DNA of 61,240 nucleotides, from contig NZ_DATITZ010000100.1 of NCBI RefSeq assembly GCF_035467215.1, positions 1 to 61,240 of the forward strand. Direction: 5' to 3'. This DNA is from Thiocapsa sp. Its GTDB lineage: Bacteria > Pseudomonadota > Gammaproteobacteria > Chromatiales > Chromatiaceae. This document shows positions 9,409-19,090 of this stretch, in pieces. Below the pieces are notes generated by a model. It did not search any database. It saw nothing but the letters and a program-made list of their open reading frames with translations, and had not been told where the DNA came from. A program made the translations under genes and the position numbers. The stretch's first letter is position 1; the number at the start of each line of letters is the position of its first letter.

Positions 9409-9738
9409 CTATACCCTTTCGCCTGACGCGTCCAGCGCCTGTTCGGCTGCCAGGGCTTGCGCGACTCGCTCCTGTAGGAGCGCAAGCCGCGGGTCGATCT
9501 CGCCACCGTCGACGGTGCGGGATTTCCGAAGCTGAAACAGCTCATGGGCAATATTCAGAGCCGCCATGACCGCGATGCGGTCGGTGCCGATCACGCGTCC
9601 GGTCCTGCGGATCTCGCGCATCTTGCCGTCGAGAATCCGTGCCGACTCGCGCAGACCCTGTTCCTCATCCGGTGCGCAGGCGATTCGGTAGTCCTTGTCG
9701 AGTATCTTGATGCTGACTTGAAGCGGCTCGTCGCTCAT
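9409..9738 (-). CDS. zapA: cell division protein ZapA
   Basis: IKILDKDYRIAC...RIAVMAALNIAHE. Confidence 0.93.
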   Translation of the reverse strand: MSDEPLQVSIKILDKDYRIACAPDEEQGLRESARILDGKMREIRRTGRVIGTDRIAVMAALNIAHELFQLRKSRTVDGGEIDPRLALLQERVAQALAAEQALDASGERV

Positions 9739-9944
9739 AGACTCTCCTCCATCGCGCGCAGACGCGACAACATGGCTTCGACTCGACTGCGTGCCTGCTC
9801 GGTCTTTTCGATCAGCTCGCCGCGCTCGCCGACCAGCGTCTCTTGGCGAGCCCGCAGGGATTTGTTTTCGTCGCGCAGGCGCTGGTTCAGGCGGATCAAG
9901 GTCTCTACCTGTTGTTCCAATTGGTCGAGGTCGAAATGTGCCAA
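9735..9944 (-). CDS. TIGR02449/ZapB-like coiled-coil protein
   Basis: LEQQVETLI...ARSRVEAMLSRLRAME; upstream of zapA; TTG start inferred. Confidence 0.8.
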   Translation of the reverse strand: MAHFDLDQLEQQVETLIRLNQRLRDENKSLRARQETLVGERGELIEKTEQARSRVEAMLSRLRAMEESL

Positions 9945-10028
9945 AGTCCACGACTCCGTTGAAGTTCGTCGCACTATAGAAGGCGTGCGGAGGGCGGTCA
10001 ATCACGCGAAAGCGCATGGTATTATCGC

Positions 10029-10649
10029 ATGGTCGCCGGGCTTTTGATCCTCCGGTTCCCATCCCCGTTTTCCCGCCCGGTTCCCCGAGAGGAGGTCGCC
10101 ACGAATATCGACGACGATCGGCTTGCTCGCTATCTGGCGGCGGGCGCACTTTGCGCAACGCCCAGCGAGGCTCACGGCATCCTCTGCGGCTTGATCTGCG
10201 GCGGCGATGCGCACCCCGAGGCCACTTGGCTGAGCCAGCTCCGACCCGAGTCCGATGCGGGCGATCTGCAGATCGACGAGGGGCGCGAGGCCCTGTCGGC
10301 GCTGGCGCGCCTCACGCGCGAGGAGCTCGAGGCGTCCGAGTTCGCACTCACGCTGTTCTTGCCCGATGACACTCGCCCCCTTGCAGAACGGGCGATGGCC
10401 CTCTATGACTGGGTTCGCGGGTTTCTCTACGCTTGGGGAACACTCGACCATACCAGTGCGGAGCCCTCGCCGGAGACCCGCGAGATCCTGCGTGATTTTA
10501 CCGACGTGACCCGCATGGATCTCGACGGACTCGACGACGACGAGCAAAACGAAGAGGCATTGACCGAAGTGAGCGAATTCATCCGGGTTGCGGCGATGAC
10601 GATTTATCAGGAGCGCGTCGTCGCTCGCGCACCCTCGCCCGAGTCATGA
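10029..10649 (+). CDS. UPF0149 (YgfB-like) protein
   Basis: PSEAHGILCGLICG, WVRGFLY, EVSEFIRVA; upstream of pepP; start uncertain (see finding). Confidence 0.85.
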   Translation: MVAGLLILRFPSPFSRPVPREEVATNIDDDRLARYLAAGALCATPSEAHGILCGLICGGDAHPEATWLSQLRPESDAGDLQIDEGREALSALARLTREELEASEFALTLFLPDDTRPLAERAMALYDWVRGFLYAWGTLDHTSAEPSPETREILRDFTDVTRMDLDGLDDDEQNEEALTEVSEFIRVAAMTIYQERVVARAPSPES

Positions 10650-11953
10650 CCGCGGCCGAGTTCAAGCGGCGCCGTCGCGCCCTGGCCCACGCGATCGGCC
10701 CGAACGGCATCGCGATCCTTCCGGCCGCGCGCGAGGTCGTGCGCAATCGCGATGCCCACTACCCGTTTCGCCAGAACAGCGACTTCGTGTATCTGACGGG
10801 CTTCCCCGAACCCGACGCCTTTGCCGTCATTGCGCCGAAACGCAAAGACGGAGAGTACGTGCTCTTTTGTCGGCCTCGCGATCCGGAGCGCGAACAGTGG
10901 GACGGCCGGCGTGCAGGCGTGGAAGGTGCAACGGCGGATTTCGGCGCCGATCAGGCGTATCCGCTGAGCGAGCTCGATACAGTCATGCCGACCCTGATCG
11001 ACGGGCGCGAGCGGCTGTATTTCGCGATCGGGAGCGATGCGGCGCTCGACGCGCGTGTGATGGGCTGGGTGAACCGGGTCCGGGCCAACGTCCGCGCCGG
11101 CGCTTGTGCGCCCGAGACCTTCGTGACCATCGAGTCGGTCCTGCACGAGATGCGGCTGCGCAAGAGCCCTGCCGAGATCAAGCAGATGCGCCGAGCCGCG
11201 GAGATCTCCGCCGCCGCCCATCGGCGGCTGATGCAGATCTGCGAGCCCGGCATGAACGAGTCCCGGCTCGAGGCCGAGTTCCATCACGTCTGCGCCGTCT
11301 CGGGTGCGCGCGATCAGGCCTATTCCCCGATCGTCGGCGGCGGCGCCAATGGCTGCATCCTGCACTACGTCGAGAACCGGGCGCCGCTGCGCGACGGGGA
11401 TCTCGTCCTGATCGATGCCGGATGCGAGCTCGGGGGGTACGCCTCCGACATCACCCGGACCTTCCCCGTGAACGGGCGCTTCAGCGCGGCCCAGCGCGAG
11501 CTCTACGAGCTGGTGCTCGAGGCGCAGGTCGCCGCGATCGGCAAGGCCAAGCCGGGCAATCTGTGGAACGAGCCGCACGACGAGGCGGTCAGGGTCTTGA
11601 CCAAAGGGCTGATCCATCTCGGCCTGCTCAAGGGCAAGCTCGCCGAGCTGATCAAGGAGGAAGCACACAAACCCTACTACATGCACCGCACGGGGCATTG
11701 GCTGGGGATGGACGTCCACGACGTCGGAAGCTACAAGCAGAAGGGCGCGTGGCGGCCCTTCGAGCCCGGGATGGTGTTGACGGTGGAGCCCGGACTCTAT
11801 TTGGCCGATTCCGACGAGATCCCCGAGCCCTATCGACAGATCGGGATCCGCATCGAGGACGATGTGCTGATCACGGAGTCGGGCAACGAGATCCTCTCGG
11901 CCGCGGCACCGAAGGACCCCGATGCGATCGAATCCCTCATGGCGGGTGATTAA
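10646..11953 (+). CDS. pepP: Xaa-Pro aminopeptidase
   Basis: FRQNSDFVYLTG, YASDITRT, HWLGMDVHD, GIRIEDD. Confidence 0.96.
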   Translation: MTAAEFKRRRRALAHAIGPNGIAILPAAREVVRNRDAHYPFRQNSDFVYLTGFPEPDAFAVIAPKRKDGEYVLFCRPRDPEREQWDGRRAGVEGATADFGADQAYPLSELDTVMPTLIDGRERLYFAIGSDAALDARVMGWVNRVRANVRAGACAPETFVTIESVLHEMRLRKSPAEIKQMRRAAEISAAAHRRLMQICEPGMNESRLEAEFHHVCAVSGARDQAYSPIVGGGANGCILHYVENRAPLRDGDLVLIDAGCELGGYASDITRTFPVNGRFSAAQRELYELVLEAQVAAIGKAKPGNLWNEPHDEAVRVLTKGLIHLGLLKGKLAELIKEEAHKPYYMHRTGHWLGMDVHDVGSYKQKGAWRPFEPGMVLTVEPGLYLADSDEIPEPYRQIGIRIEDDVLITESGNEILSAAAPKDPDAIESLMAGD

Positions 11954-12142
11954 ACCGCGCCCGGCGCGGTATGCGATGTTTTTGGATGGGATCGGCCCCG
12001 GCAGACTTGGCGACCGCTGGAGCCGGCGCGGTTTAAGATATTAAAAAGCATGTTATTTTAAACCGCGTCTCCGCTGAGGGTCATGGATGCACCAAACGTC
12101 GAGCGCACTCGAACATGAGCATCTCGCTCTGGATGCGGTTTT
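11951..12142 (+). mobile_element. composite: type A unit (11951-12035), 23 bp AT spacer, type B unit (12059-12142)
   Basis: begins at the pepP TAA; high similarity to 6297-6487. Confidence 0.85.
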
Positions 12143-12157
12143 ACAGGCAAGGCAAGT

Positions 12158-13396
12158 ATGCACGAATACGACCTGGTGATTATCGGCGGAGGCCTGGTGG
12201 GCGGCAGCCTGGCCTGTGCCCTGTCCGGCTGCGGGCTGCGAATCGCGGTCGTGGAGGCGGTGCCGGCCGCCGCCGAGCACCAGCCGAGCTACGACGAGCG
12301 CGTCATTGCCCTGTCCTGGGGCAGTCGGCGGATCCTCGAAGCGATCGGCGTCTGGCCGGACATCGCCCCCGAGGCGGAGCCGATTCGGCAGGTCCATGTG
12401 TCCGATCGCGGGCACTGCGGGTTCACGCGGCTCGGTCCGGACGATGCGGGTGTGGAGGCACTCGGCTACGTCGCCCCGGCGCGCGTGATGGGGGCCGCCC
12501 TTCGCACGGCACTCGCCTTGTCTTCCGATGTGGAGCTGCTCTGCCCGGCACGGCTTTCGGAGCACCGCGTCGTGGCCGACCGGGTCGAGCTCGAGGTGCA
12601 GCACGGGGACGAGCGGTTGCGTCTGAGCACCCCTCTGCTGGTGGCGGCCGACGGAGGCGACTCTGCGGTGCGCCGACAGCTCGATCTCGAGACCCGAGAC
12701 GAGCGCTACGAGCAAGACGCCCTCATTACGACGGTCTCGCCCGATCGCCCGCGCACCGGCGTGGCCTTCGAGCGCTTCACCGATACGGGGCCCCTGGCCC
12801 TTCTGCCGATGACCGGCGGGCGCTATTCCGTCGTCTGGACCTGCTGTCGTGATGAGACGAGTGCGCTGCTGGCGCTCTCCGACGAGGTATTTCTCACCCG
12901 TCTCCAGGCCCGCTTCGGCTACCGGCTCGGGCGTTTTCTGCAGGTGGGCCCGCGACGCGCCTACCCGCTGAAGCTGGTGCTCACGCGCAACCCGGTGCAG
13001 CCGCGTGTCGTGCTGATCGGCAACGCGGCACACACCCTCCATCCGGTGGCCGGCCAAGGTTTCAATCTGGGTCTGCGCGATGTCGCCGCACTCGCCGAGG
13101 TGATCGCTCAAAGCGCGCGTGCGGGTGCCGATCTCGGCGGTCCGGCGGCCCTCTCGGACTATCGGGACTGGCGCGGCTCGGATCAGCCGAGCACTGCACG
13201 ACTGACCGATCTGCTCGCCCGCGTCTTCGTCAATCCCTGGGCGCCGCTGCGGCTCGTCCGCAACGCGGCCATGTTGGGTCTGGATCTGATTCCCCCGGCG
13301 CGCCATCGCGTGGCGCAGCGGTTCATGGGCGTGGGCGGGCGCTTGCCGCGCCTCGCCTGCGGGGTCCCTTTGGAGAAGGCCGATGCACGAAACTGA
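12158..13396 (+). CDS. ubiH: 2-octaprenyl-6-methoxyphenol hydroxylase
   Basis: GGGLVG, AFERFTDTGPLALLP, GNAAHTLHPVAGQGFNLG; follows pepP. Confidence 0.92.
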   Translation: MHEYDLVIIGGGLVGGSLACALSGCGLRIAVVEAVPAAAEHQPSYDERVIALSWGSRRILEAIGVWPDIAPEAEPIRQVHVSDRGHCGFTRLGPDDAGVEALGYVAPARVMGAALRTALALSSDVELLCPARLSEHRVVADRVELEVQHGDERLRLSTPLLVAADGGDSAVRRQLDLETRDERYEQDALITTVSPDRPRTGVAFERFTDTGPLALLPMTGGRYSVVWTCCRDETSALLALSDEVFLTRLQARFGYRLGRFLQVGPRRAYPLKLVLTRNPVQPRVVLIGNAAHTLHPVAGQGFNLGLRDVAALAEVIAQSARAGADLGGPAALSDYRDWRGSDQPSTARLTDLLARVFVNPWAPLRLVRNAAMLGLDLIPPARHRVAQRFMGVGGRLPRLACGVPLEKADARN

Positions 13397-14645
13397 GTCC
13401 ATGTCGTCGCGCGTTCCGGACATGACGGCGTCGCGGGAGCCGCTTTACGATCTGCTGGTGGTCGGCGGCGGTATGGTCGGGGCCGCGCTCGCCCGTGCCT
13501 GTTCCGGGAAGGGGCTGCGGATTGCGGTCATCGAGACCCGCGCACCGCAGCGCGATTGGCCGGCGGGGGAGATCGACCTGCGGGTCTCGGCCTTGAGTCG
13601 GGCGAGCCAGCGGATCCTCGCGCGTTTGGGTGCGTGGGAGCGCATTGCGGCGCTCGGTGCAAACCCCTATCGCAGGATGTGCGTGTGGGATGCACTCGGC
13701 GGCGGGAGCATCCATTTCGATGCCCAATCGCTCGGCGAACCCGATCTCGGGCACATCGTCGAGAACCGGGTGATTCAGCTCGCACTCTGGGAAGCCTTGG
13801 AGTCCTCGCCCGACATCCGGCTCGTTTGCCCCGCATCCATCGTCGAGATCAATCGCACGGAGACCGAGTCGCGGGTGATGCTCGCTGACGGGCAGGTCAT
13901 CGCGGGTCGCCTGCTGGTCGCCGCGGACGGGCGCGATTCACTGGTGCGCGAGCTCTCGGGCATCGAGACGGAAGGCCGGGACTACGACCAGCGCGCGATC
14001 GTCGCCAACGTCCTTCCGCAGGAGTGGCATCAAGAGACCGCTTGGCAGCGCTTCCTGCCGACCGGGCCGCTGGCCCTGCTGCCGCTGGCGGACGGGCGCT
14101 GCTCGATCGTCTGGTCCGCCACCGACGAGCGTGCCGCCGAGTTGCTGGCGATGAGTGATTCCGCCTTCTCTGCCGCCCTCACCGATGCCTCCGAAGCGCG
14201 GCTCGGCGCACTCGTCGTGGCGGGTCCGCGCGCCGCCTTTCCGCTTCGACTCCAGCATGCCAAGCAGTACGTCCTGCCGGGATTGGCCTTGGTCGGGGAC
14301 GCCGCCCACGCGGTCCATCCGCTCGCCGGACAGGGCGTGAACCTGGGGTTCCTCGACGCGGCCGAGCTGGCCGCGGCGATCGATCTCGCGCTGGAGCGGG
14401 GGCGCGACATCGCGGGTCTCTGGGCGCTGCGCCATTACGAACGAGCGCGCCGCGGCGACAACACCGCCATGCTCGCCGCGATGGATCTGATCAAACGGAC
14501 CTTCAGCAACGAAGTGCCGCCGGTCGCTGCACTGCGCAGCCTCGGGTTGACCCTGACCGACCGAATCGGCCCCATCAAGTCACTCTTCATGGAGCGTGCG
14601 CTCGGTTTGGGGAGCGATCTGCCGCCGCTTGCGCGTCCGATTTAA
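13383..14645 (+). CDS. ubiI: UbiI/VisC-family FAD monooxygenase
   Basis: GGGMVG, GDAAHAVHPLAGQGVNLG; follows ubiH. Confidence 0.82.
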   Translation: MHETESMSSRVPDMTASREPLYDLLVVGGGMVGAALARACSGKGLRIAVIETRAPQRDWPAGEIDLRVSALSRASQRILARLGAWERIAALGANPYRRMCVWDALGGGSIHFDAQSLGEPDLGHIVENRVIQLALWEALESSPDIRLVCPASIVEINRTETESRVMLADGQVIAGRLLVAADGRDSLVRELSGIETEGRDYDQRAIVANVLPQEWHQETAWQRFLPTGPLALLPLADGRCSIVWSATDERAAELLAMSDSAFSAALTDASEARLGALVVAGPRAAFPLRLQHAKQYVLPGLALVGDAAHAVHPLAGQGVNLGFLDAAELAAAIDLALERGRDIAGLWALRHYERARRGDNTAMLAAMDLIKRTFSNEVPPVAALRSLGLTLTDRIGPIKSLFMERALGLGSDLPPLARPI

Positions 14646-14727
14646 ACCGCGCCCAGCGCGGTATGCGATGTGTTTGGGTGGGATCGGCCCCGGTAGATTT
14701 GACGAGCGTTTGAGTCGGCGCGGTTTA
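14643..14727 (+). mobile_element. TAAACCGCG element, type A
   Basis: 85 bp, perfect ends; starts at the ubiI TAA. Confidence 0.85.
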
Positions 14728-15060
14728 AACCAGGTTCGAACAACCGGCATGTAGCCATAAGGTCTCTCGGATTCGCAACATTCGCAAGCTGCTCGGCTGA
14801 CTTGACTTCAGTTATCGGTGTTATTCTTAATTCGAAGCCGCCCTAGGCACGATATCCGTGATCGCACGGCGCTGCGCAGCCAACAAGGCCCGCGCGTTGC
14901 CCGTGACGCGGCTTAGCCCGAGCGTGCCGTCGCGGAGCAGCGCCAAGATCTATCCGTCCGCAAGTACTGAGCCGAGAGCAGAGAGCAGGCACCCACGGAC
15001 CGCATCGTCGGACAAGCTCCTACACCTAACGACAAGCATCCTAAAAACAAGGGGACAGAC

Positions 15061-16314
15061 ATGACAGCCAAGAATGCCTTTTACGCACAATCCGGCGGCG
15101 TCACCGCCGTCATCAACGCCTCGGCTTGCGGCGTGATCGAAACCGCGCGGCTTCACTCGGTGCGGATCGGCAAGGTCTACGCCGGGCGCAACGGCATCAT
15201 CGGGGCCCTGACCGAAGATCTGATCGACACCGGCCGTGAGTCCGACGAGGCCATTGCGGCGCTGCGTTATACGCCCTCGGGCGCGTTCGGCTCCTGCCGC
15301 TACAAGTTGAAGAGCCTGGAGGCCAACAAGCGCGAGTACGAGCGTCTGATCGAGGTCTTCAAGGCACACGACATCGGCTACTTCTTCTACAACGGCGGCG
15401 GCGATTCGGCCGACACCTGCTACAAGATCTCTCAGCTCTCGGAGACGATGGGCTACCCGGTACAGGCCGTGCATGTGCCCAAAACGGTCGACAACGATCT
15501 GCCGATCACCGACAACTGCCCGGGCTTCGGCTCCGTGGCCAAGTACATCGCAACCTCGACGCTGGAGGCCTCGTTCGATGTGCGCTCCATGGCCAAGACC
15601 TCGACCAAGATCTTCGTGCTCGAGGTCATGGGTCGGCATGCCGGGTGGATTGCCGCCGCGGGCGGATTGGTTGAAGACCACGGCATCCCGGTGATGATCC
15701 TGTTTCCCGAGATCGAGTTCGACCAGGAGCGCTTCCTCGCCGCGGTCAAGCAAAAGGTCGAGCAGCACGGTTACTGCACCATCGTGGTCTCCGAGGGCGC
15801 GAAGTATCCGGACGGGCGTTTCCTTGCCGAGCAGGGCACGCGCGATGCCTTCGGCCATGCCCAACTGGGCGGAGCGGCGCCGGTCGTGGCCAACATGATC
15901 AAGGACGCCACCGGCTACAAGTTCCATTGGGCGGTCGCCGATTACCTGCAGCGCGCGGCCCGTCACCTGGCATCCAAGACCGACGTCGAGCAGGCATACG
16001 CTATGGGTCGTGCCGCGGTCGAGTTCGCCCTCGAAGGGCACAACGCCATCATGCCGACGATCAAGCGCGTCAGTCAGGACCCCTATCGCTGGGAGGTCGG
16101 CAAGGCGCCGCTGTCCGAGGTCGCCAACGTCGAGAAGTTCATGCCGCGTGAATTCATCTCCGAGGACGGTTTCGGGATCACCCCGATCTGCAAGGAGTAT
16201 CTGATCCCGCTGATCCAGGGCGAGGACTATCCGCCCTTCGAGAAGGGGCTGCCCAAGTACGTCACGCTCAAGAACGTGGCGGTCGAGAAGCGGCTGCCGG
16301 CGTTCGAGATCTGA
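15061..16314 (+). CDS. 6-phosphofructokinase, probably PPi-dependent
   Basis: QSGG, NGGGDS (Asp at the G104-equivalent), PKTVDND (Lys at the G124-equivalent), EVMGRHAG. Confidence 0.9.
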   Translation: MTAKNAFYAQSGGVTAVINASACGVIETARLHSVRIGKVYAGRNGIIGALTEDLIDTGRESDEAIAALRYTPSGAFGSCRYKLKSLEANKREYERLIEVFKAHDIGYFFYNGGGDSADTCYKISQLSETMGYPVQAVHVPKTVDNDLPITDNCPGFGSVAKYIATSTLEASFDVRSMAKTSTKIFVLEVMGRHAGWIAAAGGLVEDHGIPVMILFPEIEFDQERFLAAVKQKVEQHGYCTIVVSEGAKYPDGRFLAEQGTRDAFGHAQLGGAAPVVANMIKDATGYKFHWAVADYLQRAARHLASKTDVEQAYAMGRAAVEFALEGHNAIMPTIKRVSQDPYRWEVGKAPLSEVANVEKFMPREFISEDGFGITPICKEYLIPLIQGEDYPPFEKGLPKYVTLKNVAVEKRLPAFEI

Positions 16315-16337
16315 CGCGGCTCGGGGCGAGCCAGCCG

Positions 16338-16409
16338 CCTGCCTCCAGCTTCTCGTCTTCAGCTATCAGCTATCAGCTATCAGCTATCAGCAGGAGGCAG
16401 GAGGCAGGA
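16338..16409. repeat. heptamer tandem repeats inside an inverted repeat
   Basis: (CAGCTAT)x4 at 16360-16387 then (CAGGAGG)x2.7; CCTGCCTCC pairs with GGAGGCAGG. Confidence 0.8.
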
Positions 16410-16607
16410 TCCGCTCGGCGATCGATTGCCCCTCGATCTCGGGCGCGATCCCGGCCGCGGCTCAAGCCGCGTACGATCATTGGGATTTCCCGGCATCCGA
16501 TGGGCTACAATCGGGAGCATTCGACCCGACATCGCCAACGCGACCCGCCGTGCATCGGCGACCCGGTCGTGTCTCGGCGATCCCATCCGCACCTCAGAGG
16601 CTGACCC

Positions 16608-17156
16608 ATGGATCCCAAGCGCGTCCCACGCGGCGATAATATCCCGAGCGAAATCAACGTCATTATCGAGATACCGTCGCATGCCGAGCCGGTCAAGTAC
16701 GAGATGGACAAGGCGACCGGCGCCATGTTCGTCGATCGCTTCATGTCCACGGCGATGCACTATCCCTGCAACTATGGATATGTGCCGAACACCTTGTCCG
16801 CGGACGGCGATCCGGTCGACGTCATCGTGGTCACTCCCTATCCGCTGATCTCGGGCTCCGTCATCAAGTGCCGTCCGATCGGCGTGCTCAAGATGACCGA
16901 CGAGTCCGGGGATGATGCCAAGATCCTGGCGCTCCCGATCGACAAGCTCTTCAAGGGCTACCGCGAGATCGAGAGTTTCCGCGACATGCCGGCCCATCTG
17001 CTCGACCAGATTTCACATTTCTTCGAGCATTACAAAGACCTGGATGAAGGAAAGTGGGTCCGCGTCATGGGTTGGGGCGGCCGCGAAGACGCGCGCGAAG
17101 AGATCATGAACAGCGTGAAGATGTTCGAAGAGGCGCCGGAGAAGCCGGCGTTCTGA
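16608..17156 (+). CDS. ppa: inorganic pyrophosphatase, family I
   Basis: [28 protein letters not shown]. Confidence 0.97.
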   Translation: MDPKRVPRGDNIPSEINVIIEIPSHAEPVKYEMDKATGAMFVDRFMSTAMHYPCNYGYVPNTLSADGDPVDVIVVTPYPLISGSVIKCRPIGVLKMTDESGDDAKILALPIDKLFKGYREIESFRDMPAHLLDQISHFFEHYKDLDEGKWVRVMGWGGREDAREEIMNSVKMFEEAPEKPAF

Positions 17157-17292
17157 TGTGCCCGTCGCTCGCCCTTCCGCAGGGCGAGCGCTCCGAACGG
17201 CGTCTCGGTTGGGTCGTTCGCCGAGCCCCTTGTCGTTGCAACATGTCGGTGTCCTTGCCGACCCTTCAGGCTCCCCACTCCGCGGATCGCAG

Positions 17293-17868
17293 ATGCCGTT
17301 GACACATTTCGACGAGAAGGGTGCGGCCCATATGGTGGATGTCGGCGAGAAGGCCCTCACCAAACGCCGGGCCGTTGCGGAGGGGAGCATTCGGATGGAG
17401 CCGTCTACGCTTGCACTGATTCTGAGCGGCGAGCACCGCAAGGGCGATGTGCTCGGCGTTGCCCGGATCGCAGGGATCATGGGCGCCAAGCGTACCGCGG
17501 ATCTGGTGCCCTTGTGTCATCCGCTGAGTCTGACCCGGGTCGCCGTCGAGCTGGAGCCGCGCGCCGAGACCTCGAGCGTCTATTGTTCCGCCACCGTCGA
17601 GACCAGAGGCTCCACCGGGGTCGAGATGGAGGCGCTCTGCGCAGTACAGATCAGCCTTTTGACCATCTACGACATGTGCAAAGCGGTGGATCGGGGCATG
17701 CGTATCGAAGGTGTGTGCTTGCTCGAAAAGGATGGAGGGAAGTCCGGCCGTTGGGTCCGGGATGTCGCGTCTGCCGGTGACTGCGAACCGGGTGCAGGCG
17801 ATCCCGGTACAGGCGACCCCGCTCGCGTCGACTCGGACGAGCGCCTCGCATCAAGGAGACAGCGATGA
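17293..17868 (+). CDS. moaC: cyclic pyranopterin monophosphate synthase
   Basis: [39 protein letters not shown]; low-complexity C-terminal tail. Confidence 0.95.
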   Translation: MPLTHFDEKGAAHMVDVGEKALTKRRAVAEGSIRMEPSTLALILSGEHRKGDVLGVARIAGIMGAKRTADLVPLCHPLSLTRVAVELEPRAETSSVYCSATVETRGSTGVEMEALCAVQISLLTIYDMCKAVDRGMRIEGVCLLEKDGGKSGRWVRDVASAGDCEPGAGDPGTGDPARVDSDERLASRRQR

Positions 17869-18350
17869 CTCAGTTCGTAGAGTGGTCCGCAGCGCTCAGC
17901 GTCGGCATCGACGAGATCGACGCCCAGCATCAGGCTTTGATCGACCTGATCAACGAGGTGCAGGATGCCGTTGTCGGGGGCCTCGATCGGGAGCACCAAC
18001 TCGATGCGCTCGGCAGGCTCGCCGAATACACCAAGATCCATTTCGCCGTCGAGGAGAGCCTGATGCGCATCTTCGGCTACCCGGATTACGAGCGCCACAA
18101 GGCTCAGCACGAAGGGCTGATCCGCAGCATGCTGGATCTGCAGCGTCGCCTCGACGACGATCGCGCAGCGCTTGACGATGGCCTGATGCGGCACCTCAAG
18201 CATTGGCTGCTCGATCACATCCTGCAAAGCGATCAGGATTACAGCCGATTCTTTCTCGCCGCAGGCGCCCTGTCGCGACACCAAAAGCCGTCCTGGGCGA
18301 CCCGGATGTGGGACCACTTACACTTCTGCGGCTCCAAGTGTTGGAGCTAA
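17865..18350 (+). CDS. bacteriohemerythrin
   Basis: W...[32 protein letters not shown]. Confidence 0.92.
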   Translation: MTQFVEWSAALSVGIDEIDAQHQALIDLINEVQDAVVGGLDREHQLDALGRLAEYTKIHFAVEESLMRIFGYPDYERHKAQHEGLIRSMLDLQRRLDDDRAALDDGLMRHLKHWLLDHILQSDQDYSRFFLAAGALSRHQKPSWATRMWDHLHFCGSKCWS

Positions 18351-18361
18351 ACCGCGCCCGG
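18348..18361 (+). mobile_element. solo end of TAAACCGCG element
   Basis: TAAACCGCGCCCGG matches the type A start and forms the hemerythrin stop; no partner end seen. Confidence 0.65.
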
Positions 18362-18373
18362 TCCCCGCTGACG

Positions 18374-19018
18374 ATGAATCCATTCTACCAACGTGCCCAT
18401 TTCCTGACGGCTGCTGCACGGGTCGAGCAATGTCCCGCAGACGAGGGTCGCGAGGTTGCGTTCGCGGGGCGCTCGAATGCCGGTAAGTCCAGTGCGATCA
18501 ATGCACTCTGCCATCAGAATGCGCTCGCCCGCACGAGCAAGACACCCGGCCGGACGCAGCAGCTCATCTTTTTCGAGCTGGGCGAGGCGCGCCGCCTTGT
18601 CGATCTCCCCGGTTACGGATATGCCAAGGTTCCCGATGCGGTCAAGCGCGACTGGCAGCAGCACATGGCGGCCTATCTCGAGCAGCGCCGCTCACTCGGC
18701 GGTCTCGTCGTCGTCATGGATATCCGCCATCCGCTCGCCGAGTTCGATCGCCAGATGCTCCACTGGGGTGGGCGCGCTGATCTGCCGATGCTCGTTTTGC
18801 TCACCAAGGCGGACAAGCTCAAAACGGGGGCGGCCCGCGCCACTCAACATGCAGTCGAGCGGGCCGTCTCGGATATGGTGGGGCGGGTCGAGGTGATGCT
18901 GTTTTCCGCCTTGAAGCGCCAAGGCGTGGAGTCCGTCCAGCGATTGCTCGATGCCTGGCTCGATGTGGGGGCCGAGATCGAGCCCGCGGATCCCTCGGAG
19001 ACGCGGACAAGCGACTGA
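18374..19018 (+). CDS. engB: ribosome biogenesis GTPase YihA/EngB
   Basis: [26 protein letters not shown]. Confidence 0.96.
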   Translation: MNPFYQRAHFLTAAARVEQCPADEGREVAFAGRSNAGKSSAINALCHQNALARTSKTPGRTQQLIFFELGEARRLVDLPGYGYAKVPDAVKRDWQQHMAAYLEQRRSLGGLVVVMDIRHPLAEFDRQMLHWGGRADLPMLVLLTKADKLKTGAARATQHAVERAVSDMVGRVEVMLFSALKRQGVESVQRLLDAWLDVGAEIEPADPSETRTSD

Positions 19019-19090
19019 CGCCGAAGCGGGCCGACGGCGCCGGCCGGACTGCGCCGGCGCTCCGTCGACCCGCGGCTGTGTCCCCCGATG

